Shown here: piece after piece, positions 12,487 through 23,908 of the stretch
Numbering within the stretch: position 1 is the first letter of the stretch
How the letters are laid out: every line of letters begins with the position of its first letter
From: Eledone cirrhosa
Taxonomy: Eukaryota
Assembly (NCBI GenBank): GCA_964016885.1
Contig: OZ024741.1
Span: forward strand, 92,566,001 to 92,630,000
Reading direction: 5' to 3'
Length of the DNA: 64,000 bases
Program-made: the position numbers and the translations under genes
Notes under the pieces: generated by a model
The model's input: the letters and a program-made list of their open reading frames with translations, nothing else
Database searches by the model: none
Told to the model about the DNA's origin: nothing

Positions 12487-13472
12487 ATCATCATCATCAT
12501 CATCGTTTAACGTCCATATTCCATGCTTGCATGGGTTTGGACGGGGGTTTTCCCACTTGAGGCAAGAGTGGTTGTCTTGCTCGCATAGGACTGTCTGGCG
12601 GGTTTTCTATGGCTGGATGCCCTTCCTAACACCAACCACATTTACAGTGTGGAACTGGGAGGTTTTTACCGTGTTGCCTACACGGCTACATTACAGCGTG
12701 GACTGTGTATTTTTTTATCGTGACACCTACACGACCTCATTTGTTTCGGGCTGGATGTTGTGACACCAACAACTTTACATTGACGGGGTGTATTTTGTTA
12801 GGTGCCTACTGACTGTAGTAGGTTTCACTTTGTACTTAGGTAAGGCGGGTCTTCTCTATTACTGTGTAGCGCCAAAGCTCTCGGTCCAGTGACATTGTCT
12901 TGGAGAGGTGTAAGTGTGTGAGGTCGGAATTTATCAAGTCGTCCCAGGTTTTTCTGGGTCTGCCTACTCCGTGGCTACCGTCTATTTTTATTGCCCTGCA
13001 CTTTTTTATACAGCAGTCGTCTTTCATGTGCATCACGTGACCATACCAACGTAGTCTTCTCTCGAGTAAACAACATCTGATCCCTCTTATTTCTAATTTC
13101 TCCCTTAGTACGTTTATGCTTTGCCGTTCACGTATGTTACTATTACACATCCAGCGGAGCACGCAGGCTTCGTTTCACTCCAGTCTGCGTATATCCTCTG
13201 CACACAATGCCCAGGTCTCACTGCCATGTAATATTGCTGTTCGTATGCAGGCATCATACAGCTTGCCTTTCATTTTTAGAGAGAACCCTTCAGCGGCTAA
13301 TAGTGGTATAAGCTCTCTGAACTTTTTCCATCCCGTTCTGACCCTAGCTACTGTACTTTCAGGGCACCCTCCCCCACTGCTGATTTTATCACCCAGGTAA
13401 CGGCAGCTGTCCACTATTTCTATAGAACCATCTGTGCAATGGAACGAGTTAGTATTCTGTGGGCACTTGCTG

Positions 13473-13474
<2 letters not shown>
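12487..13474 (-). mobile_element. 5'-truncated RTE-clade LINE (3' end of ORF plus 3' UTR)
   Basis: YLGDKIS..GWKKFREL..LHGSETW..RRLRWYGHV..GRPRKTW; one stop codon; (gat)n tail at about 12487-12503. Confidence 0.9.
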
Positions 13475-13537
<63 letters not shown>

Positions 13538-13550
13538 TATATATATATAT
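13475..13550. repeat. (TA)n microsatellite between two head-to-head RTE copies
   Basis: Seen directly in the sequence. Confidence 0.95.
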
Positions 13551-15475
13551 GAAGATAGGGAAGGCAACCGGTCCATCGGGTATAGCTGCCGAGATGCTGA
13601 AGGCATCTGGGTCTGTAGGTCACACTATAACCACACGTATTCTTAACCAGGTAATACTAGAAGGTGTCATACCAAAAGATTGGTGCAGTAGCATCATTGT
13701 CAACTGCTACAAAGGTAAAGGTGATGCACTAGATAGAGGAAACTTATAGAGGTATAAAGCTGATGGACCAGGTCATGAAAGTAACAGAAAGAGTTATAGC
13801 ACGGTTGATTAGGGACCGGGTGAAACTAGACGAGATGCAATTTGGGTTTGTACCAGGAAGAGGCACCACTGATGCCCTCTTCCTTGTCAGGCAGTTACAG
13901 GAAAAGTACCTAGCTAAAAGTAAGCCACTCTACCTGGCATTTGTCGATCTTGAGAAAGCCTTTGACAGAGTTCCACGTGCTGTAATCTGGTGGGCTCTTA
14001 GAAAACTAGGAGTAGATGAATGGCTTGTGAAAGCGGTACAAGCCATGTATAGGGGAGCAGTCAGCAAAGTTAGGATTAGCAATGAGTATAGTGAGGAATT
14101 TAGCGTACAGGTTGGGGTCCACCAGGGCTCTGTTCTTAGCCCCCTCCTGTTCATCATAGTCCTGCAGGCAATAATGGAGGAGTTTAAGACCGGATGCCCA
14201 TGGGAACTCGTGTATGCTGATGACCTCACACTTATAGCTGAATCTATGGTAGAACTAGAGAAGAAATTCCAAACTTGGAAGCAGGGACTAGAAAGAAAGG
14301 GTCTCAAAGTCAACATGACAAAGACTAAGGTCCTTGTAAGTAGACGAGAAAACAAAACCCAGATCCCCTCAGGGAAATGGCCATGCTCAGTATGTAGGAA
14401 AGGTGTAGGTAGGAACTCCATTCTCTGCCCCAAATGCAAACAATGGGTACACAAGAGATGTAGCGGGATCTCAGGAAGCTTAATTAAGAATGTAGGCTTC
14501 ACATGCAGCAGCTGTGCTGGGACAGCAAGCAGCAAACAGCCACAGGAAACAAGTACCACCAATCTCTGGGAGGGCTCTGTAGAAAAAGTAGACAGCTTCT
14601 GCTACCTAGGTGACCGAATTAGCAGCGGAGGTGGGTGTTCAGAAAGTACAATAACTAGGGTAAGAACGGGATGGAAGAAGTTTAGGGAACTACTACCACT
14701 GCTAGCTGCAAAAGGCTTCTCCCTCAAAATGAAAGGCAGACTGTATGATGCGTGTATCCGAACAGCGATGTTGCATGGTAGTGAGACCTGGGTGCTGAAG
14801 GGGGAAGACTTACGTAGATTAGAGAGAAACGAAGCCTGCATGCTCCGATGGATGTGTAATAGTAATATACGCGAACGACAAAGCATAAATGAATTGAGAG
14901 AGAGACTGAGCATAAGAGGAATCAAATGCTGTGTGCAGGAGAGGCGGTTGCGTTGGTATGGACATGTGATGCGTATGAGGGATGACAGCTGCATAAAAAG
15001 GTGCAGAGCACTAGAAGTCGATGGAAACCGCGGAGTGGGGAGACCCAAGATGACTTGGGATGAGGTGATAAAAGCCGACCTTACCCAATTACACCTCTCA
15101 AAGGCGATGACACACGACCGTGACCTCTGGCGTCACACAGTAATACAGAGTACCCGACCTCCCATGGGTACAAGCTGAAGCATATAGACAATATGCCCCC
15201 ACACCCTCCCACTGCAAGGTGGTCGTGGAGGTGCCACGGCAAAAAAGCACCCAGCCCACACTGTAAAATGGACGTGTAGGTGCCACGAAAAAGCACCCAG
15301 CACTCACTGTAAATGAGGTTGGTGTTAGGAAGGGCATCCAGCTGTAGAAATCAAGCCAGATCAGTTCCTGTATGAACAAGACATGGTCAGCCGACCAGAC
15401 ACTTCCCACAACAGGACAACCCGTCTAACCCATGCTAGCATGGAAGAACGGCCGTAAAACGATGATGATGATGAT
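13551..15475 (+). mobile_element. 5'-truncated RTE-clade LINE with near-intact RT and a PHD-like zinc finger
   Basis: GKATGP..KGKGD..(1-nt insertion near 13744)..QFGF.PGRGTTD..FVDLEKAFD..VHQGSVLSP..YADD..CSVC-C..C-H..C-C..C..YLG. The 3' UTR has subrepeats of about 40 bp and a (gat)n tail. Confidence 0.93.
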
Positions 15476-15584
15476 ATATATTCTCATAACTAATCGAGGA
15501 GGAGAGATAAGAAATTAGTTATGAGAATTATATGCCAGAATTAGATGCAAGACAAGCAAACAATGTGAGTAAACCAGAGAAATA

Positions 15585-15773
15585 ATTGTTTCTACTTTTG
15601 GCACAAGGCCAACAATTATGCCAGTGTATTACTGGTACTTTATTTTATCAACTCCTTAAGGATGAAAGGCAAAGTTATCCTCGGCGGGATTTGAACTCAA
15701 ACCATAAAGGGCCATAACTCTTTGCTGCAAAGCATAGCGTCCGACCCTCTACCGATACCGTCAATCCACCGCC
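15585..15773 (-). mobile_element. Full-length tRNA-derived SINE (Nin/Deu-like core, from memory)
   Basis: ggcggtggattg head, gagttcaaatcc B-box, conserved core, short TSD ccagagaa. Confidence 0.7.
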
Positions 15774-15870
15774 AGAGAACTAATGTCAAGCAAAACTTTG
15801 TATAAGCAGAGCTTTAATACAGAAATTAAATGTTAGAGAAAATACCAAATTCTTGAACAAATATATTTAA

Positions 15871-15998
15871 TGGTTGACAATTGTTTTGGAAACCATATCA
15901 GTATTCTGCCCATACAGATGATAATTATCGATTATAAAATCAATAATAGTTTATGATGATAAAAGAAAAAGTTTGATATGGTCTCCTCATCAGAGCCA
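15871..15998 (-). ncRNA. Degenerate hammerhead with long stem II (G12 to A)
   Basis: tggct-CTGATGA-GGAGACCATATCA-(about 73 nt)-TGATATGGTTTCC-aAA-ACAATTGT-C-aacca. Confidence 0.55.
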
Positions 15999-16852
15999 AA
16001 AATAAAAAATAAACATAAAAATTCAAAAATACATGTCACTGAAAATAGGGACTACAATAAATGTAAAACTTGAAGAATACCCATCCACATTTTAAAGATG
16101 AAAGTAAGATAATAATACATTTTAAATTCTAAGAATTTAACCGTTTAAAAAAAAGGAGAATGTATGAAACTGGAAGAGGGCCAGTAAATATAACAAGGGG
16201 CATAACTATGAAGAAAGAGAGATACATAATAGATAATTTATAAAATACATAATAGATAATTTCAAAAAAAAATTTTATATTTAAAAAAAGAAAAAGGGGA
16301 TGTTAATAATATACCTAACGGTAGAATAAAAATATGAATATATGTGTGGAAAGAAATATCATGTAAAATTGAACAAGAAGGTAAAGATATGAGCAGTCAT
16401 TAAAAATAACAACTAGAGGGGGTGATGTATATCAAGGTAATTTGGGAAAGGCGAAAAAAAAGGGGGTTATATTATGAATTGAAGGGAAAGAAAATACAAG
16501 ATAAAAGAAAAATATTATGATATTTAAAGGTCATGCATACCAAAGCGTATAGGTCAAATAATTGTCAGCCATTAAATATATTTGTTCAAGGTTTTATCTA
16601 ACATTTAATTTCTCTATATATACATATATAAGATATATTTCTTTATTTACCATAAAGGCATAAAAAGAAGGGACAAATACAAAGGGGGAGTTTACATAAA
16701 ATCGAGTAAAAAGGGTATAAAATGAAAATAATCGAAAACAACCTCAAAAGGGAGGGGACGTGATGGGGGTTGCACACACCCCCGAAAAAGTGTGCAATCC
16801 TTTGCCCGGGGAGCACATGGAGAAGGTGCTCCCCTCTCCTTCACTTCTTTAC

Positions 16853-19800
16853 CTACAGGATGGTATACAGAGAAGGCCCATTTACACGAGCCATTCTCGC
16901 CACTATAACCCACCTTTCATAAAACTGCCCGTGGCCAAGCACCTCTCTCTCCATTCTTATCCTTCTTCCGAAGTGATATCGGAAGAAGTAGACCAGACTA
17001 TGGCCAGAGAGGAAGTTGCCTGACCTCAGACCTTTCAATCGTGTCCACCAAACAACCTCTTTCAACATGGCTATTACGCACAGAAAAACCGCCTTTGCTT
17101 CCTTTGTGAAGAGGGGAGGCGGCTTGATTGTCATCACGGACTCGGTGGTCAATCGAATCGGCGCCACCCGCGGCAGCAGTTGTTTGGCGTAGCCCCACAG
17201 ATCAGCCACGCCCGGACATTGCACCAATGCGTGCGCAACGGTTTCTTCGTGACGCACGCATCTAGGGCAAATCTTTTTTGAGGGATCCCTGCCCGGGCGC
17301 CCGTGTCTGTAGAGCCTCTCTCGAACGGGTAGAGCCCCCCCCCGGTAGCACTGCCAGGCTAGTGACTTCTGGAAGTTGTCCATTGGTCCCGGGCCGAAAG
17401 TCCTACCGAACAGGCTGGCCAGTTCGTCCTCTTCCATGTCCAGCGACTCTCCAAGGGTGTCATCGCCCCTGCTAGCCACCAGCCCTCTATAGCATGATGA
17501 GGTGGATTCTCTACCGATGGCCTGGCCCGCTTGCCAGAGAGCCTTGAGCGCCTGGGCACACTCAGTGTGCCAGTCTCCCAGTTTTCCGGATCTTTGCTTG
17601 ACCCAGGACTGCAGCTCGGTGAGCGAGACGAGTCTCGGAAAGGCTCGTTTCACGAACGGAGCCCACACCGGTTGACCAGTGAGGAATACCTGTAGGTGCC
17701 GTAGCCTTAATGCGTGCCTACGCATCATCAACCACGGCATCCCCAGCCCTCCTTTCGAAGATTGTTGGCAGCAGATGGATCTTCTCACCATAGGAGGGCG
17801 CTTCTTCCAAAGAAATTGGAAGAGCATGCGTTCCATGGTGGCGAGTGTTTCCTTAGGGCAAGGCACGACAGTCAGGCGGTAGTAAGTGACGGACGCTATG
17901 TAAATGTTCGCCACCTCCGCCCGGCCTTTTAGGGACAGCTTACACTTGGCCCATTTCTGGGTTAGTGCAAACACCTTGTTCGTAACCTCGTCCCAGTTCT
18001 TTTCCACCTGGAGGTCCGGTCCAAACCAGACCCCAAGCAACTTCACCAGGCCCTCCGTCCAATGTCCGACGACACCGTCAGGAGGCATCGGTCTGCCTCT
18101 CCACGTTCCGAGTTGCAGCCCGATGGATGTTTCCCGGTTCTGTTTCGCTCCTGACAACCTTTCGTAATCCTCCAGTAAGGTACCGATCGCCTCGATCTCC
18201 GAGTCGGTCGATACCATTACTGTTACGTCATCGGCGTAGGCCGACACCGCTTTGCTCAATCCTGGTTCCAGGGGGATACCCTGCAACAACTCCAACTTCC
18301 TCAGTAAAGGCTCGAGAGTCAATATGTACAGAAGGGAGGAGAGAGGGCACCCCTGTGGAATGGATCGTGTGATTTCGAACGGCTTCGAAAGGTAGCCGTT
18401 CACCTTGATCCTAGAACAGATGTAGTTGCTATGTAAGGCAGTGATCCAGCCTCTGAAAACAGGACCGAACCCAGCCGCCGCTAGCACCGCATCCAGGTAA
18501 CCATGGTCGACCCTATCGAAGGCCTTAGACTGATCCAAGTTGATCAGGGCCCCACCGAAGCCGGGTTTGTTGCCAACCCTCTCTATGATGTATCGCATAA
18601 GGTGGAGGTTATCGTGAATGGACCTGGATGGGATAGCACATGTCTGCGCATCTCCCACCAGGCCACCCACGACAAGTGCCAACCTCTTTGCTAGCACCTT
18701 GGCCAAAATCTTTAACTCTGTGTTTAGCAGGGTTATGGGCCGAAAATTATTTATACTATCCCCCTTGTTCTCGTCCTTCCTCACCAGCGAGACTACGCCC
18801 TTGGCTACAGAACAAGGAATTCTCCCGTTCTGCTGCCAATTGCAGTAGACCGCTTCGAGGAGTTCGGAGAAGAAGACCGGCATTGCTAAATAAAGTTCGT
18901 AAGGTATACCATCGACACCTGGAGATTTGCGTCTGCTGCATTGGCTCAGCGCATCCCCGATCTCATCAGCCGAGATTGGTCCCTCGCAGGACTCTGCCTC
19001 TTCGCTCGAGAGACGCGGCAGGCCGTCGAGGTATGGACCGAAATCCACGTCCCCGCCCGGACCCTCGCCTCCCCCGAATAATCGGGCAAAGTGCCTTTGA
19101 AAGGCCTCGCACATCTGCTTAGGCTCCCGGATCACCCGTCCATCCTCGTCTTGCAAAGACCGGATGGTGGATCGATTTCCACTCTTAGCTTCTGTCACGC
19201 AGGCCCAGCCAACGGCTTTGGCCCCCCCCCCCCATTACCTAGAGCACGTATTTTACTTCGAATGACGCAGCCTTCGTGCTTTGCATCGAAAAACTGGTTC
19301 AAGGCCGTCCTCGATGCCAGCACTCTGGCCACATCTTCGCTCTTGATTGTCTCTTCTAATTTACCTGTTAATTCTTTCTCGTTTCTATTCCTATCGGCAG
19401 CTAACATCTTGCTATAACTTATTGATTCTGTTCTAATCTCTCTTTTGAGAGATGCCCACCATCGGTTGTTGACGATTGCACCCGTCAACCTCTCCTTAAC
19501 TAATCTGCTAATCCAGTTTCTGTAAGTCTCTTTTGCCGGTAAAGACAAATTAAGTTTCCAGTAACCGGAACCCTGTTTATGTGTTTTCTCTAGATTGACT
19601 ACGCAGGTCACTAATTTGAGATCCGTATAGCCAACCGTGAGCATTTCTGGACAGCTTAATATGTCCCTATCCTTACTTCTAACTAAGAATCTATCTAAGT
19701 ACGATCTAGATTGACCACTGTGGTTCGTCCAAGTCCAGGTTGGCACAGTTGGAAAATCTAGTCGATATCTATCGACCAAGTTAAAAGGGTCGAGTAACTC

Positions 19801-20298
19801 CTTGAGGCTGTTACACCCCCCTCTATTAGGACATGCTCCTGCATAGTCCCAACGTGCATCTAGGATGTCATTCCAATCCTCCGCTAGAAGTAGGGAACGC
19901 GACGTTCCCAGAAAAGTCTCCAAACGCTGGAAGAAGTCGGGCTGTTCAGCTCCGAAAGGGGAGTAGACGGCGACCAGTCTCAAGGCCGCACCTTCACTAT
20001 TGCCAACGTCTAGCACCAACAAACGACCCTCCGGGTCCGAGTGAACAACCTGTACGGCGAGACCCAAGTGTTTTTCCAGCAGTACGACAACCCCACCTTC
20101 ACCTCCAGGTTGACAGAGAGATGCATGCACCTCAAAGTCATCAAAGGTAGGGGCCAGCTGCCGCACGACGCTGATCCGAGTCTCACAGATAACCATTACA
20201 TTTATACCACGTGACCTGAGGTCATTTAGAAGCTTTGCTTGCTTCCAAGTTGAGCCCAGGCCACGTGCATTCAAACATCCTACTCTTAACACATCCAT
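16853..20298 (-). pseudogene. LINE ORF2 (APE endonuclease plus reverse transcriptase), split by one frameshift
   Basis: CLNARGL, ICETR, DWN, SYLDRF; NFRPITLLN, LDQSKAFDRV, QGCPLS, AYADD, CPRC..ETVAHALVQC. The frameshift is in a G12 run at about 19222-19233. Confidence 0.88.
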
Positions 20299-20331
20299 GT
20301 GGGCGGCAAAGCCAAAGGAGAGTGTAGAGAC

Positions 20332-21861
20332 CTACCTTTCTGCTTCCCGGCGTTCGGGTCGCACGACTTCCATGGGGTCGGGGGTGTTGTGTGAAGGGGT
20401 GTCTTGTGGTGGTGTGGGGTCGTCAGTGTGTGGTGGGGTTGGGGTGTTTGGAGTTGTGTTGGGGAGGGGAAGGGGAGGGGGAAAGCTTTTTAGTAGGACG
20501 CGGTTTATGGGTTTGACAGAGGGTGGTCCTACGTCCTCCTTAAAATCCTTTTTTAGTTTTTGGTAGAGGTTCATTGGGATCTTTATTAATTTTAAATGTG
20601 GGTAGTTTTCTGAAGAAACAAAGTTTACACCTTCAGTTTGTACCGAAGGATTATTGTTTATGAGTTCATTTAATTTATTATTGTTTCTGTTGATGTAAGT
20701 ATAGTGTAATGTCTTTTTTTCGGATGGTGTTAGTGTTTCGAAGAGGGGAGGGGCAGGTTTGGTTTTGTTTGTTGCTGGAGGGGTGTTTTGTGTTTTGTTG
20801 GATTGTGTTGACATTTGGGTAGGGGTTGTTTGGCCTTGTGTGTTTTGCACATGTTTTCTTTTTTTCCTTTTAATCTGTCTGAAGGACTCCGTTTCTTCCT
20901 CCGAATTCGTTGGGTTATCTTCAGTGTTGGAGGGAAGAGGTATGTTTGCTGGTAATGTTTCCGTGTTGGTTTTCTTTGTGGGGGAGATGGATGTCACTAT
21001 GTTAGACTGTGTTGTGTGTTGTGGCTGCGGTGGTTGTGTTGTTTTATTGAGTGAGGGGTTGGGTGGGACTGTATTTTGTTTTTGGGTAATGTGTTGTGAC
21101 TGTTTGTGTTGTGGTGGTGGTGTAGTTTTACTGAGGGACGGGTTGGGTGGGACTGAGTTTTGTTGTTTGTTTATCTGTTGTGGTGGTGGTGGAGCTGGTG
21201 TTGGTAGCAGGGTTTTCTTTTTGTTGAGTTGGGGACAAGCCGCCTTCAGGTGCCCTCCGCCTGCACAGATATGACAGGATGGCCTTCTCCCTTCCACGCT
21301 AATGTTTATATACCCGTGGCCCTCTAATAAGATTCTGTCGGGTATTTGGGCGATGCGTTCAGGCTTCATTTGCACTACAAGTTCTATACCTGTTCCACTG
21401 AACGCATTGCCTGTGGTTTTCCCAATGGAAATCACGTTGTCATTCGCTGGATCGATGAAGCCAGCCATGAGCCAGCAGTAGTCCACATCTGGCATCATTG
21501 CATCCAGCCATATGCGCTGAGTTCTTTTACCCATATAAGATGGATAAAAGGTAAAATTTGTCGAACGAATCGGTGACAAAGCACATTTTTTGGCCGCCGA
21601 TTCGTTCTTCATAATAATCGCTAGGCTTCCATACAGTCTCTCTTTTCTTATGAAAGTGGTTTCGTGAAGTACTTCTGTAGGTACTGCTTTGATTTCTGTT
21701 TGTGTTGGCTGATGAGGTTTTTTAGAAATGTTGTTGATGGTGCGGAAAACGACCGTCCGACTTTCAATGTCTTTGGTGAGTTCTTGAGGCATTTTTACCG
21801 ATAAAATACCATTTTCCCCTTCAGTTATGTATTGTTTGGCGTCTGTAATTCTTTGTGCCAC
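20332..21861 (-). CDS. LINE ORF1 (CCHC zinc knuckle, Pro/Gln/Thr-rich tail)
   Basis: 509-aa open frame directly upstream of ORF2 with VEGRRPSCHICAGGGHLKAACP. The start codon is uncertain (GTG in the track). Confidence 0.75.
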   Translation of the reverse strand: MAQRITDAKQYITEGENGILSVKMPQELTKDIESRTVVFRTINNISKKPHQPTQTEIKAVPTEVLHETTFIRKERLYGSLAIIMKNESAAKKCALSPIRSTNFTFYPSYMGKRTQRIWLDAMMPDVDYCWLMAGFIDPANDNVISIGKTTGNAFSGTGIELVVQMKPERIAQIPDRILLEGHGYINISVEGRRPSCHICAGGGHLKAACPQLNKKKTLLPTPAPPPPQQINKQQNSVPPNPSLSKTTPPPQHKQSQHITQKQNTVPPNPSLNKTTQPPQPQHTTQSNIVTSISPTKKTNTETLPANIPLPSNTEDNPTNSEEETESFRQIKRKKRKHVQNTQGQTTPTQMSTQSNKTQNTPPATNKTKPAPPLFETLTPSEKKTLHYTYINRNNNKLNELINNNPSVQTEGVNFVSSENYPHLKLIKIPMNLYQKLKKDFKEDVGPPSVKPINRVLLKSFPPPLPLPNTTPNTPTPPHTDDPTPPQDTPSHNTPDPMEVVRPERREAER

Positions 21862-22071
21862 ATCTGAAATATTTTTACTGTAATTCTCGCTTTATATCAC
21901 CACTTGTGTTTAGCTTTAGTTTTTGCATTGTACTATATTTGTAATATGGGTTCAAAATGTTATTCACTTCCTTAGCAATTTTTACTTGATAATTTTCCTA
22001 TGCTTTAATGCATGTATACTCCATATTCTTCTGAGTTTTTGGCTTGTATTGGCCGATAGTGCTTCTTATAG

Positions 22072-22125
22072 CTTTACTTGCCCTGATGAGTCCTTAATAG
22101 GACGAAACATTGTTGGCTAATAAAG
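22072..22125 (+). ncRNA. Hammerhead ribozyme (type I, intact core)
   Basis: gcc-CTGATGA-GTCCT-taat-AGGAC-GAA-AC-att-GT-T-ggc. Stem I extends with cttta/taaag, and AATAAA follows. Confidence 0.8.
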
Positions 22126-22202
22126 ATTTTTGATGTATTGATGAAGGCTTCTTTGGTTTATTTTCATAATATATATATATATATACACATATATATATAT
22201 AT

Positions 22203-23014
22203 CAATAACTCGGGTAAGAACGGGATGGAAGAAGTTCAGGGAACTACTGCCACGCTTCTCCCTCAAAATGAAAGGCAGACTGTATGATGCGTGTATCCGA
22301 ACAGCAATGTTACATGGTAGTGAGACCTGGGCGCTGAAGGTGGAAGACTTATGTAGATTAGAGAGAAACGAAGCCTGCATGCTCCGATGGATGTGTAATA
22401 GTAAAATACGCGACCGACAAAGCATAAATGAATTGAGAGAGAGACTGAGCATAAGAGGAATCAAATGCTGTGTGCAAGAAAGGCGGTTGCATTGGTATGG
22501 ACATGTGATGCGTATGAAGGATGACAGCTGCATAAAAAGGTGCAGAGTACTAAAAGTCAATGGAAACTGTGGAGTGGGGAGACCCAAGATGACCTGGGAT
22601 GAGGTGATAAAAGCCAACCTTACCCATTTACACCTCTCCAAGGTGATGACACACGACCGTGACCTCTGGCGTCACACAGTAATACAGAGTACCCAACCTC
22701 CCATGGGTACAAGCTGAAGCATATAGACAATATGCCCCTACACCCTCCCATTGCAAGGTGGTCGTGGAGGTGCCACGGCAAAAAAGCACCCAGCCCACAC
22801 TGTAAAGTGGACGTGTAGGCACCACGAAAAAGCACCCACCACTCACTGTAAATGAGGTTGGTGTTAGGAAGGGCATCCAGCTGTAGAAATCAAGCCAAAT
22901 CAGTTCCTGTATGAGCAAGGCATGGTCAGCCGACCAGATACTGCCCACAACAGGACAACCCGTCTAACCCATGCTAGCGTGGAAGAACGGACGTAAAACG
23001 GTGATGATGATGAT
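22203..23014 (+). mobile_element. 5'-truncated RTE copy of the same subfamily as 13551-15475
   Basis: Closely matches 14650-15475, ends in (gat)n and is flanked by TA repeats. Confidence 0.92.
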
Positions 23015-23527
23015 ATACATATACACATATAACAAAGAAAGTGTGGTAAGGAACCAGGTGGACCATAACGCACCAGAGTACTCGATACTTAGGGTAGTAG
23101 AGTGGGTAATAGGAAAAGAGTCAGGACCTCTTGTAAACACAGAATATACATGACTCCTGCCCAACCCAAGTCCCCAGCCCACACTATAAAGTGGTCGTTT
23201 TGGTGCACAACAAAAAGCACCCAGCACACTGATATAAAACCTGTGACTTTGTTTGCATCCAATGATGAAGCCCAGTTCTTTTTTGGGGAAAATGCATTTG
23301 ATGTTCAAAGAGTGGGACTGACCCCGTGCAAAGTCTTTCCTCGCTTAAAAAAGCTTCAAGAACAGGCATCGCTTGATATGTGACAGTTTTTGCAATGCAT
23401 GGTATTGCTGGCCATAGGCAAATCTCTAGCAAGACTAAAAAGCCACGTCTGTGATACTCATGCTTATATACCAAGAGATGGCATTATTCAAAATCGAGTT
23501 GCAGCCATCATATATGTATATATGTAT

Positions 23528-23615
23528 ATATACATATATGAGCATAAGAGGAATCAAATGCTGTTGCATTGGTATGGACATGTGATGCGTATGAAGGATG
23601 ACAGCTGCATATAAC

Positions 23616-23651
<36 letters not shown>

Positions 23652-23839
23652 TTTACGAAAGTCACTGATGTTATTTCCGCAATCTCCTGCTATTACTCTC
23701 TCACTCAATGAGACAATAAGTTTGCAGGTGTTAATTTAAGTATATATATATATATTTATGTGTGAATTCCCAATGGGTATTGGGAGGTGACCACAGTTAA
23801 AAAAGGTACTCAATACATGGGTATAGTAAAGGCACCTTT

Positions 23840-23908
<69 letters not shown>

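Larger units (their letters stand above)
16638..22168 (-). mobile_element. Near full-length L1/Tx1-type non-LTR retrotransposon
   Basis: ORF1 with zinc knuckle, ORF2 with APE, RT and C-terminal zinc motif; AATAAA at 16642-16647; TA-rich repeats on both sides. The 5' boundary is uncertain (21900-22168). Confidence 0.85.

Noticed and set aside
13420-13646. YIYI-type ORFs here and at 23797, 36950, 37790 and 52200
   Set aside because: These are translations of (TA)n microsatellites.
13930-21576. Antisense ORFs over the LINEs (e.g. 13930-14562, 18640-19122, 20759-21274)
   Set aside because: Shadow frames of transposon coding sequence with no independent motifs.
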